Below, one piece after another: positions 18,398-26,198 of a stretch of 31,554 nucleotides of DNA (position 1 is its first letter; the number at the start of each line of letters is the position of its first letter). The stretch is from a virus (Duplodnaviria > Caudoviricetes), in IMG/VR virus record IMGVR_UViG_3300025378_000011, positions 1 to 31,554 of that record. The stretch is one strand, 5' to 3'. Under the pieces are notes generated by a model. That model was not told the origin of the DNA, searched no databases, and saw only the letters and a list, made by a program, of their open reading frames with translations. Both the position numbers and the translations under genes were made by a program.

Positions 18398-18759
18398 GTG
18401 AGTTACCAGATATTGGAAGAGTCCTTGAGCATTACGGCTGGCTCGCTAACAGGTCGTCAGGTAGTGGCCCTATCACTTGCCCTTTCCACGATGACAGACA
18501 CGCTAGTGCGGGCATCAATTTCAAACTTAACTTGTTCAATTGTCTTGCCTGCGGAGTCGGCGGAAATTCATTACAAATCATCGCACTACGAGAGGGAATA
18601 AGTGTCAACGAAGCACGCGAGTTCGCAAAGAGAATTGTTGGAGCAGGCGACAACCAACTACGCGAAGGACATAGATATGGCGGCGGACTACCTCAACCAA
18701 AGGGGTATAACCAGAGAAGCGGCCTTGTCGGCGCGATTAGGCGTAGTCAGTCAGCCTGA
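18394..18759 (+). CDS. DNA primase CHC2 zinc-binding part
   Basis: CPFHDDRHAS...FNCLACGVGG. Confidence 0.85.
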   Translation: MSELPDIGRVLEHYGWLANRSSGSGPITCPFHDDRHASAGINFKLNLFNCLACGVGGNSLQIIALREGISVNEAREFAKRIVGAGDNQLREGHRYGGGLPQPKGYNQRSGLVGAIRRSQSA

Positions 18760-19240
18760 GATTGGACATGAAGCCTATATTGGACGCCTTGCGATTCCTT
18801 ACATTACGAAGACTGGAGTTGTTGACATCCGATTTAGAGCGCTTAACCCCGCTGTTGAACCAAAGTACATGGGAATGGCGGGAGCAGTAACCAAGTTGTA
18901 CAACGTAAAAGATGTAGAAAGGGCGGGGGACTGGATTGCGGTTTGCGAAGGAGAGTTGGACACGCTTACTCTTAGTAAGTGCGTTGGTATCCCTGCTGTT
19001 GGGGTTCCTGGGGCTAATAGTTGGAAGGCACATTACTCACGGATTTTGGCCGACTTTGAGCGCATATATGTTTTCGCTGACGGAGATAACCCTGGGCTTG
19101 AGTTTGCTCGTGGTTTGGCGAGAGAACTCCCTGTAACGGTTGTTCAGTTACCAGACGGGGAAGATGTAAACAGTTTTTATGTAAAGCATGGAAAAGAAGC
19201 ACTATTAGAGAAAGCGGGACTAAATGAAGCACAAGTGTGA
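18602..19240 (+). CDS. DNA primase TOPRIM part
   Basis: YLNQRGI, RLAIPY, PKY, CEGELD, VGVPGA, FADGDNPG, GEDVN. Confidence 0.9.
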   Translation: MSTKHASSQRELLEQATTNYAKDIDMAADYLNQRGITREAALSARLGVVSQPEIGHEAYIGRLAIPYITKTGVVDIRFRALNPAVEPKYMGMAGAVTKLYNVKDVERAGDWIAVCEGELDTLTLSKCVGIPAVGVPGANSWKAHYSRILADFERIYVFADGDNPGLEFARGLARELPVTVVQLPDGEDVNSFYVKHGKEALLEKAGLNEAQV

Positions 19241-19343
19241 CGTGTGTCTTACAGAGTTTGACACACTAGAAGAGTTGGGCAAGCACTTTCAAGAAGTGGG
19301 TGCTGTACTAACAGCAACAGCAACGACAAGGAGTATGGCATGA
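19224..19343 (+). CDS. 39-aa Zn-finger-like peptide (not in ORF track)
   Basis: MKHKCDVCLTEFDTLEELGKHF; overlaps both neighbours. Confidence 0.55.
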   Translation: MKHKCDVCLTEFDTLEELGKHFQEVGAVLTATATTRSMA

Positions 19344-19861
19344 TTATTGGATTATCGGGCTATGCCCAATCTGGCAAAGACACAATTGCCAACATTCTTG
19401 TTGAGAAGCATGGCTGGAAACGCCTTGCATTTGCTGACAAGATTAAAGAGTTCCTGCTTGCCACCGACAAAGGTGGTCTGTTAAAGACAGAGGTAGAGAC
19501 CTTTGGCTGGGATGCTGTGAAGCAAGACCCAGATATCCGCGAGGCTCTCCAAATCCTGGGTGTAGCCGCCCGCGAGGTCTTTGGCGAGTACTTTTGGGTT
19601 GACCAAGTAATGGCTCAAGTCCTTAAAGATGGTACAAACTACGTCATCACAGACGTTCGCTTCCCAAACGAATTAGAAGCAATCCGCTCTGCTGGTGGCA
19701 AGGTTGGTCGTATCTCTCGTATGGGCATAAACGCTGTCAACGAACATGAGTCCGAGCACGCTCTCAGCGGCGCCAAGTTTGACTTCTACATTGAGAACGA
19801 TAACGACCTTAAAGAACTTGAGGAAGCAGTTGAGTTCGGCATTAGGGAGTGGGCTAAGTGA
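19340..19861 (+). CDS. Deoxynucleoside monophosphate kinase
   Basis: IIGLSGYAQSGKDT, AFADKIK, VITDVRFPNE, HESE. Confidence 0.9.
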   Translation: MIIGLSGYAQSGKDTIANILVEKHGWKRLAFADKIKEFLLATDKGGLLKTEVETFGWDAVKQDPDIREALQILGVAAREVFGEYFWVDQVMAQVLKDGTNYVITDVRFPNELEAIRSAGGKVGRISRMGINAVNEHESEHALSGAKFDFYIENDNDLKELEEAVEFGIREWAK

Positions 19862-20172
19862 CCCAACCCATATCAGTAAAAATTTATGGTAGTTCATACG
19901 AAGTTAAGTATGACTACCAATCAACCGAAAACAATGGTTTGTGCACGCCAGATAAAAATTTAATACAGATTGTGCCAAACCTACCAGCGGGTAAAACATT
20001 TCGAGTGCTCATGCACGAGATTGTCCATGCCCTTATCAACGAAAGTCCGTTAAGAAACAACAAGCATTTCCGAGAAGAAGAGGTCGCAGACCTGCTTGGT
20101 TTTCACTTCATAGACATGCTTAAAGACAACCCAGAAATAGTCAAGTGGCTAAATAAGGAGATGAAAGCATGA
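19858..20172 (+). CDS. HExxH metallopeptidase-like protein
   Basis: NGLC...IQI...VLMHEIVHA...EE. Confidence 0.7.
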   Translation: MTQPISVKIYGSSYEVKYDYQSTENNGLCTPDKNLIQIVPNLPAGKTFRVLMHEIVHALINESPLRNNKHFREEEVADLLGFHFIDMLKDNPEIVKWLNKEMKA

Positions 20173-20513
20173 CTGGTTCACACCCAAAAGTAAAGATTGA
20201 AAACGGCAAGAAAGTTTACGGACCATACAAAGGCTCCGAGCAAAACGGCGGACGTCCAGTTGAGGTCATTGCCAAGAAGGTTGGTAAGCGAACTGTCACG
20301 GAAACACAGAACGCCGCTCGTCATATCTATGAAGAAAAGAGTGGAAATACACTTCCCAAGAACGTAGATGTTGACCACAAGAACAACAAGGGTCGCAAAG
20401 GCGGTCCTAAGAATGACACAATGAGTAATCTTGACCCGCTATCTCATGGGGCAAACGTAGCCAAGGAGAATAAAGTGCGTACTGGAACCAAACATAAGAA
20501 GGCTTCTAAGTGA
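20169..20513 (+). CDS. HNH-like protein
   Basis: DVDHKNN...NDTMSNLDPLSHGANV. Confidence 0.7.
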   Translation: MTGSHPKVKIENGKKVYGPYKGSEQNGGRPVEVIAKKVGKRTVTETQNAARHIYEEKSGNTLPKNVDVDHKNNKGRKGGPKNDTMSNLDPLSHGANVAKENKVRTGTKHKKASK

Positions 20514-21250
20514 AGGTAATCGTCGCTATTAGCGACCTCCAGGTTCCCTACCACGACAAGCGCGCAGTGAACAACATAGCATCATTCATCAAAGAGTTCA
20601 AGCCCACCGAGGTTGCTACCGTTGGTGACGAGATGGACTTCCAGACCATCAGCAAGTGGTCACGCGGTACCATCATGGAGTTTGAGGGTTCTATTGGCAA
20701 GAATCGTGACGAGACATGTCGCATCCTTGAGCAACTCCAAGTCACTCGCATGGCTCGCTCTAACCACACTGACCGCTTGTTCAACTATGTCAGCCTAAAG
20801 GCTCCAGGCTTACTTGGGCTACCCGAATTAACACTACCAAATTTCCTTCGCATGAAGGAGTTAGGAATTACATACCATGAAGACCCTTACGAAATCGCGC
20901 CTGATTGGCTCCTTATGCACGGCGATGAAGGTAACCAAAACTCTACTGCTGGTATTACTGCTCTTAATCTTGCTAAGCGTACTAACAAGTCTGTCGTTTG
21001 TGGGCACACTCATCGTCAGGCTGTTGTCCCTTATAGTCAATCTTACGGCGCTGATGATACTCGTACCATCTACGGCTTTGAGACTGGCAATCTTATGGAC
21101 TGGTCTAAGGCTAAATATATTAAAGGTGGACTCTTCAATTGGCAAAAAGGTTTTGGCCTTCTCTATGTTGACGGCAAAACAGTTACTCCTGTGGCCATTC
21201 CTGTCCAACGAGACGGCTCATTCATTGTAGACGGCTGGCGTTGGGGATAA
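20510..21250 (+). CDS. Calcineurin-like metallophosphoesterase
   Basis: ISDLQ, VGDEMD, SNH, MHGD, CGHTHR. Confidence 0.9.
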   Translation: MKVIVAISDLQVPYHDKRAVNNIASFIKEFKPTEVATVGDEMDFQTISKWSRGTIMEFEGSIGKNRDETCRILEQLQVTRMARSNHTDRLFNYVSLKAPGLLGLPELTLPNFLRMKELGITYHEDPYEIAPDWLLMHGDEGNQNSTAGITALNLAKRTNKSVVCGHTHRQAVVPYSQSYGADDTRTIYGFETGNLMDWSKAKYIKGGLFNWQKGFGLLYVDGKTVTPVAIPVQRDGSFIVDGWRWG

Positions 21251-21667
21251 GTGTTTAAGACAACAAAAGAATATCTAAAATCAAAAACAGCAATAAATAA
21301 AAAAACAGATTGCTGGTTGTGGTTGGGTCATATTCATAAAGACGGTTACGGCTATGTGTCTTTTAATAATAAAAATTCAAGGACACATAGAGTTATGTTT
21401 GAACTGTCGGTTGGCGAAATACCAAAAGGTTTTGTGCTAGACCATCTTTGTAAAAATCGTTCTTGCATAAATCCAAAACATTTGGAAGCAGTTACTCAGA
21501 AAATAAATGCAGAGCGTGCGGGTTGGGCTACCAGAACTCATTGCAAACACGGACATGAATATACAAAAGAGAACACAAGTTATTCAAAAAGAGACAATGC
21601 AAGGGTTTGTAAAACATGTAAGCGTATTGACGCTTCTTTAAGAAGGGCAAAAAATGAGCGCAGTTAA
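21251..21667 (+). CDS. HNH endonuclease, probable free-standing homing endonuclease
   Basis: CWLWLG...GYG...HRV...LDHLCKNRSCINPKHLEAVTQKIN, THCKHGH...CKTC; visibly more AT-rich than the upstream gene. Confidence 0.9.
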   Translation: MFKTTKEYLKSKTAINKKTDCWLWLGHIHKDGYGYVSFNNKNSRTHRVMFELSVGEIPKGFVLDHLCKNRSCINPKHLEAVTQKINAERAGWATRTHCKHGHEYTKENTSYSKRDNARVCKTCKRIDASLRRAKNERS

Positions 21668-22343
21668 AGTAACTTGGGAGCGCATTGCGCCATGGTCTTA
21701 CATTGTTGACAATGTTGCTAGTGAGTACAACAAGAAGTTTGACATGTGCGACATCGAAGATATCCGCCAGGAATTGTATGCTTGGTTCTTAAAACATCCT
21801 AGAAAGTTTACCGAATGGGAGGCTTTAGAAGAGCGGGATACAAAGAATTTACTATATCGTTCTTTACGGAATCTTGCACTTGATTACTGTCAATCTTGGA
21901 AAGCAAAAAGTCTAGGGTACCAATTGGACGACTTGTTTTTCTATACACCCGAAATGGTCGAAACTCTATTACCCAGCGTTTTGTTGGGACATACTGACGC
22001 CTTACCTCTAAATATTCTTGGTAAAGGGAAGACCACGACATTGGTTTCTGAGGGAAACAATCTTCAAGTGATGCTTGCGGAGATTTCCAAAATTTGTGTT
22101 GGATTATCTGCACCTGACCAACAAGTGTTACAAATGCGTTTCGCATTGGGTTATGAATACTCCGATATCTCTAAGTTACTTGAGTTGAATACTGAGGAAG
22201 CGGCCCGCCAAAGAGTTCGTCGCGCTGTTAAAAGGATTATCAACGCTCTTGGCGGATACCGCCCTCAGATAGATGAAGACTCTCCATCAGAAGAAACGGA
22301 CATAACTCCTGATGAAGAGCCCTCGTATGAAGAGTTGGTCTGA
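21654..22343 (+). CDS. RNA polymerase sigma-70/ECF-like factor
   Basis: EDIRQEL...LRNLALDYC (region 2-like) and LSAPDQQVLQMRFALGYEYSDISKLL...ARQRVRRA (region 4 HTH). Confidence 0.75.
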   Translation: MSAVKVTWERIAPWSYIVDNVASEYNKKFDMCDIEDIRQELYAWFLKHPRKFTEWEALEERDTKNLLYRSLRNLALDYCQSWKAKSLGYQLDDLFFYTPEMVETLLPSVLLGHTDALPLNILGKGKTTTLVSEGNNLQVMLAEISKICVGLSAPDQQVLQMRFALGYEYSDISKLLELNTEEAARQRVRRAVKRIINALGGYRPQIDEDSPSEETDITPDEEPSYEELV

Positions 22344-22345
22344 AC

Positions 22346-22361
22346 GTCGGGCACGCCCGAC
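22346..22361. repeat. 16-bp palindrome copy 2 (GTCGGGCACGCCCGAC)
   Basis: Occupies most of the 25-bp gap between the convergent + and - arms. Confidence 0.9.
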
Positions 22362-22368
22362 ATTAGAT

Positions 22369-22518
22369 TTATTCCTTAACTATCTCCTTCAATGAAGTTA
22401 AGAAATCAATCATGTCCTCGTAATCGTCGTCAGACATGCCATCAGCCATCAGTTGCTTCTTGAGACCAGGTGCATTTTCTAACAACTCTTCGATATATTC
22501 TCTATTGAGTTTTGTCAT
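22369..22518 (-). CDS. Hypothetical 49-aa protein
   Basis: MTKLNREYIEELLENAPG...; SD GAGGT; adjacent to the upstream stop. Confidence 0.6.
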   Translation of the reverse strand: MTKLNREYIEELLENAPGLKKQLMADGMSDDDYEDMIDFLTSLKEIVKE

Positions 22519-22698
22519 TTACCTCTTTCTGTTATCTGTTGAGTAGAAGCCCTGCCCACGGAATACCGCAGGCGGAGCCGAGTAGATGCGGTTCATCCCA
22601 CTACCGCAACATATTGGTGCTATGGCTTCATCAGACATAGACCTGATAACCTCTTGTGTGCCCCCGCAGGTTGCACAAATATAGTCATAACTGGACAG
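22519..22698 (-). CDS. FmdB-family zinc ribbon protein with apparent CTG (or ATA) start
   Basis: xSSYDYICATC...PICCGSGMNRIYSAPPAVFRGQGFYSTD; SD AAGGTGAT; in-frame TGA TAG just upstream. Confidence 0.75.
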   Translation of the reverse strand: MSSYDYICATCGGTQEVIRSMSDEAIAPICCGSGMNRIYSAPPAVFRGQGFYSTDNRKR

Positions 22699-22951
22699 TA
22701 TCTATCACCTTCCAATCTTCGTTCTGAAAACCGATTCCAAACTCAAGCCACTCTTCTGGCGTGAGCCAATAGAAAACTTCATCATCAAAATCATCAAATG
22801 GATGATTTTTGGTGTCGTTTCCCCAACCGTCTGGTATAAGCGCAAAGGTACGCATATCCATCTCGCCAGAATCTTTCCACTTAACAACGGCGTCTCTCAT
22901 TCTTGGTACGTCTATTAAATCTGCACAATTTCGGCAACTACAATCACACAA
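22685..22951 (-). CDS. Hypothetical protein, 88 aa, Cys-rich N-terminus
   Basis: TTG start after AAGGAG; DDEVFYW motif. Confidence 0.65.
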   Translation of the reverse strand: MCDCSCRNCADLIDVPRMRDAVVKWKDSGEMDMRTFALIPDGWGNDTKNHPFDDFDDEVFYWLTPEEWLEFGIGFQNEDWKVIDTVQL

Positions 22952-22962
22952 TTGATTTCTCC

Positions 22963-23145
22963 TTACAGTTCAACAAGGGCAATGCCCCTTACTTGGTGGA
23001 CGTCTTCTTCAAGGTGATATGTCCAACCATTTATGAATTTTTTGTTGTCTTCTAATCCGAAAAGATACTTTTCATTCATATAAAGTTTTACATCTTCTTG
23101 GTCTACACCTTCCACTACATCAAGTACCAATATAATCTTGCTCAT
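22963..23145 (-). CDS. Hypothetical protein, 60 aa
   Basis: SD AAGGAG; ATGA coupling. Confidence 0.65.
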   Translation of the reverse strand: MSKIILVLDVVEGVDQEDVKLYMNEKYLFGLEDNKKFINGWTYHLEEDVHQVRGIALVEL

Positions 23146-23252
23146 GGCAGGTTCTCCTTCATTTCATCGTGTAGTCGGTCTGGGTCTTCTTCATACATCT
23201 CCACTTCGTCTGGCTCCATATTGCATCTCCAACATGGACAGTAATTACTCAT
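23142..23252 (-). CDS. Hypothetical 36-aa peptide (MSNYCPCWRC...DPDRLHD)
   Basis: SD AGGGGTGA; coupled to neighbours. Confidence 0.55.
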   Translation of the reverse strand: MSNYCPCWRCNMEPDEVEMYEEDPDRLHDEMKENLP

Positions 23253-23481
23253 GTTCACCCCTAGCGATTATCATCCAATCTCCACGACATCCGCAGTCAC
23301 ATCCATCAACTAATCCTTGCTTTCTTAGCGTCCTAAATTTTGCAAGAGCAACCTTCTTAGGTACTTCGAGGATTTCTGCAACCTGAAAACAATTCGTCCA
23401 ATTGGATATGTTGGGGGTAAGCGCAAGGGCTTTTCCAATCGCCGTAAGGAAATCCTCAGTAGAAATATCTTTAGCCTGCAC
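23245..23481 (-). CDS. Hypothetical protein with DGCDCGCRGD motif
   Basis: Start moved to GTG 23481 (MQAKDIS) after AGGGGTGA. Confidence 0.65.
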   Translation of the reverse strand: MQAKDISTEDFLTAIGKALALTPNISNWTNCFQVAEILEVPKKVALAKFRTLRKQGLVDGCDCGCRGDWMIIARGEHE

Positions 23482-23728
23482 GGTTCTCACCCCTAACGAT
23501 AGCGGCGGCATTGCGATAAGCCGCAGTAATGTCACACCTTTGGCACAGAATGTTTGATTTATGCTTTGGGTGATTCTTTTCAGCGTAATCCTCAATCTCC
23601 CGCGCTATCTGCTCGCCAATCTCAAACCGAAACTCACAATAGCAATAATGCGCCGTTGGTTTATCGGGGAAGTAGTAAGTGCTTTCAGTTCCACAACCCG
23701 CGCAGGGTAAATCTTTTAGGTAACTCAT
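23471..23728 (-). CDS. Hypothetical Cys-rich protein with EQIAREIE motif
   Basis: ATGA coupling; shares EQIAxEIE...AAxIxRGE with the upstream gene. Confidence 0.6.
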   Translation of the reverse strand: MSYLKDLPCAGCGTESTYYFPDKPTAHYCYCEFRFEIGEQIAREIEDYAEKNHPKHKSNILCQRCDITAAYRNAAAIVRGENRAG

Positions 23729-23883
23729 TTCTCACCCCTAGCGATTTTGGCGGCGTTCTCAACCGCATCTTTAACGCTTCCGTAGTAAGGCAACTCCTCA
23801 ATCTCCTGCGCTATCTGCTCGCGGAGTTGTTTAATAGCACCAGGAGCAACTATCTCTAGTCGGCGCAGTTCTGATTTACTCAC
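23725..23883 (-). CDS. Hypothetical protein with LREQIAQEIE motif
   Basis: Start moved to GTG 23883 after GAGGTGG. Confidence 0.6.
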   Translation of the reverse strand: MSKSELRRLEIVAPGAIKQLREQIAQEIEELPYYGSVKDAVENAAKIARGEK

Positions 23884-23999
23884 TTTTCCACCTCGCTTTG
23901 TTGTATCCAATTACTTCCTGCTAATTGTTTAGAAAATTGTTCATAAGTCAGTAAAGAGAATGGGTGCTTGCATTTGGATGGTCTGTCGCAACACTTCAC
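23880..23999 (-). CDS. Hypothetical 39-aa peptide (MKCCDRPSKCKH...)
   Basis: GTG after GAGGTGAT; GTGA coupling to the next gene. Confidence 0.5.
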   Translation of the reverse strand: MKCCDRPSKCKHPFSLLTYEQFSKQLAGSNWIQQSEVEK

Positions 24000-24311
24000 C
24001 TACATCACCTCGTCTAATCGTTGGGCTATGTCTAGGTAGGTAGGGCAGGGGAATTTTAAGACAGCAGTCATTAAAGGGTGTCCTATACCAGTATGCACAA
24101 TGCAAACTTTGCACCGCGAAATCCCATAAATACTATTTTCTTCATGCCTCACCAACACATCTCGGTTGGCTAGGAGAGAGATGCGAAGTGAATTAGTGAG
24201 TCCAGCAAAGTAGATTACCTCTAAAGCCGTTAATGGCTCTTTTAGGATTTCTAATTTGTTATCAATCCACGCCAAGTATTCCTCGGTTGTGTGTTTTGGT
24301 GTGTAGGTCAT
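24000..24311 (-). CDS. Hypothetical protein with RH...CxxC...PC motif
   Basis: ATG 24311 after GGAGG; similar to 24457-24774. Confidence 0.65.
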   Translation of the reverse strand: MTYTPKHTTEEYLAWIDNKLEILKEPLTALEVIYFAGLTNSLRISLLANRDVLVRHEENSIYGISRCKVCIVHTGIGHPLMTAVLKFPCPTYLDIAQRLDEVM

Positions 24312-24457
24312 TTCATTGCCTCCCAACATTTCATGTTTCCAGCCTGCGCTCCTACGATGCTTACAAAATAAGCCTTACCACAAGTGCAAACCCACACGCT
24401 TCCTCGCTTGCGGAACCAAAGCAAAGGAAATTTACAATGCTCTATTACATGGCTCAT
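24308..24457 (-). CDS. Hypothetical 49-aa protein (HC...WVCTCGK)
   Basis: Coupled at both ends; fills the gap exactly. Confidence 0.55.
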   Translation of the reverse strand: MSHVIEHCKFPLLWFRKRGSVWVCTCGKAYFVSIVGAQAGNMKCWEAMK

Positions 24458-24774
24458 CACTCCACCCCCATAATCGCTTTGGCTTGTGCTACTGATTCAG
24501 GGCAGGGATAAGACGCTCTGTATTCTGAATACTCGCAAATCTCACACAAATCACCCACATTTGTTTCAAGTCGCTTATGCCTTTCAAAGAACGCTTTATG
24601 GGCGAGCAAAATGTTAAGGTCGGCGGTGTAAGTGATTCTTGAAGTTTCAAAACTAAGATTGGTAAGTCCAAGAGCAGATTGCATTTCATCTAACTCTTTA
24701 AGGTCTAATTTTTTAGATTTGATTCTGCTTTCAATCCGTTCCTGCGCCTCTTGAACAATCTCTAGGTCGGTCAT
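24457..24774 (-). CDS. Hypothetical protein with RH...CxxC...YPC motif
   Basis: SD GAGGAG; similar to 24000-24311. Confidence 0.65.
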   Translation of the reverse strand: MTDLEIVQEAQERIESRIKSKKLDLKELDEMQSALGLTNLSFETSRITYTADLNILLAHKAFFERHKRLETNVGDLCEICEYSEYRASYPCPESVAQAKAIMGVE

Positions 24775-24929
24775 TTCAACTCCTCAATTTCAGATAAAAC
24801 TGCCGTGTAAAAGAACGAAATCCAAAGACATTGTGGGATTGATAGGTGTTGATGGAACGAAAGACCTGCGAAGAACACAAGCCCTGCGGTATACAACAAA
24901 CCAATTAAGAAACCAACAAATTTTTTCAT
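24771..24929 (-). CDS. Small membrane protein, 52 aa
   Basis: MKKFVGFLIGLLYTAGLVFFAGLSF...; ATGA coupling at both ends. Confidence 0.6.
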   Translation of the reverse strand: MKKFVGFLIGLLYTAGLVFFAGLSFHQHLSIPQCLWISFFYTAVLSEIEELK

Positions 24930-24963
24930 TTCAACCACCGCACTAGCGGTGCAATAATTTTTT

Positions 24964-25326
24964 TCATTGTTTTACGAACAATCCTTTCTCGTTGCGCTCG
25001 CGGTGAGCATTGTCAGTGTATTTTTTTTGTGTTGAAACTACCACGGTAATGCCGAGTAACTCCATCAACTTCCAATCCTCTAGTGATGGTTGCATGCCAG
25101 CCATTGCCATGCGCTCTCCTGCGGTCTTACCGCCCCATATTCCCCATTCTAGGTTGTCGCGCTCCATGCCAAGTTCAAGACATCTATCTTTAACTGGGCA
25201 AGCATTGCACAACTCTATAGCCTCCTTTGTCTTTTGAGTGACCTTGATGTTGCGTTTCTTGGGGTCTCCACCTCTAGGCAATACTGGGAACCATTGGTCA
25301 GGATTGGCCTTGCAGGCGGTCTCCAA
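24964..25326 (-). CDS. whiB: WhiB-family Fe-S transcription factor
   Basis: AC...QWFP...CNACPVKDRCL...GIWGG; four Cys and the G[IV]WGG turn. Confidence 0.92.
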   Translation of the reverse strand: METACKANPDQWFPVLPRGGDPKKRNIKVTQKTKEAIELCNACPVKDRCLELGMERDNLEWGIWGGKTAGERMAMAGMQPSLEDWKLMELLGITVVVSTQKKYTDNAHRERNEKGLFVKQ

Positions 25327-25480
25327 TCTGTTTTCTCCTATTCACTAGTGCTTCTTGGATGTTGATGTAATTGTCCAGATTTCTTATTATCCTGCCAGCA
25401 AGCCTATCAGAATCATCTTTGTTGAATCCATGATAGTACAACTTATCGGCAAGTTTCTTGCGCCTCTCAGGCTGGTTCAA
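25298..25480 (-). CDS. Hypothetical protein, 60 aa
   Basis: TTG after GAGGTGA; overlaps both neighbours. Confidence 0.55.
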   Translation of the reverse strand: MNQPERRKKLADKLYYHGFNKDDSDRLAGRIIRNLDNYINIQEALVNRRKQIGDRLQGQS

Positions 25481-25607
25481 TCTTCACCTCAACATCTATT
25501 AAATGTCTATCTATGTCTTCGTCGGCATAGAAGTTGGCTAGGGCATCATCTTTGTCTTTGCCTCTTACTTTGTAGAGGTTTACTTCTGTGACTATGAACT
25601 CTTCCAT
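25467..25607 (-). CDS. Hypothetical 46-aa acidic protein (MEEFIVTEVNLYKVRG...)
   Basis: SD AAGGAG; TAATG coupling. Confidence 0.6.
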   Translation of the reverse strand: MEEFIVTEVNLYKVRGKDKDDALANFYADEDIDRHLIDVEVKIEPA

Positions 25608-25681
25608 TATCTTCTCCTTCTTCCCCATGTTCTGCTTGTGTAGTTCTTATTAGGTATTACATCTTTAACTTTTTTAGTCAT
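25607..25681 (-). CDS. NKNY-motif family member 5, 24 aa
   Basis: MTKKVKDVIPNKNYTSRTWGRRRR; ATGA and TAATG overlaps. Confidence 0.6.
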   Translation of the reverse strand: MTKKVKDVIPNKNYTSRTWGRRRR

Positions 25682-25839
25682 ACGCAGTACTCGTCCGCTT
25701 CGTGTGAACAACCGCAATCTGCCCAAGGGTCATCACAACATTCACAGAATATCAAATCTTCTCCGCTTGTTGCTGGGCTAACTATTCTTTGGTCCATGTA
25801 ATTTTTATTATCAATCACATGCCTAACTGGCTCGCCCAT
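25678..25839 (-). CDS. NKNY-motif family member 4, 53 aa, Cys-rich acidic tail
   Basis: MGEPVRHVIDNKNYMDQ...CECCDDPWADCGCSHEADEYCV; coupled at both ends. Confidence 0.65.
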   Translation of the reverse strand: MGEPVRHVIDNKNYMDQRIVSPATSGEDLIFCECCDDPWADCGCSHEADEYCV

Positions 25840-26198
25840 TAGCGCCATCCTACGGTATTTAGATACTCTGTAACTTCAATCTGCCCGCGTCTGCGGGTGT
25901 TTATTTGCACGGCCCTAACGGCACCGTAATATCTTCCACGCCCCAAATTGGCAGTTTGTCTTATGTAACCACGACCATATCTGGGATAAACACCAAGACC
26001 TCTCATATAATCTCTCAAATGTCTTGCGTGTGTTTCTATCTCAAAACCCGTAATGAGTTCAAAGTAGACGACGCCGTTGATTTGCATATAAACCGCGGCT
26101 GCATTTGGCAACCACGAAAAGTGTGCTAAATCGGTTTCATGCATTGCGCTTTGGCCAATGTAGTTTTTATTTTTTACCCTATATTTCACCAGTGTCAT
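25839..26198 (-). CDS. NKNY-motif family member 3, 119 aa
   Basis: MTLVKYRVKNKNYIGQ; ATGA coupling. Confidence 0.75.
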   Translation of the reverse strand: MTLVKYRVKNKNYIGQSAMHETDLAHFSWLPNAAAVYMQINGVVYFELITGFEIETHARHLRDYMRGLGVYPRYGRGYIRQTANLGRGRYYGAVRAVQINTRRRGQIEVTEYLNTVGWR

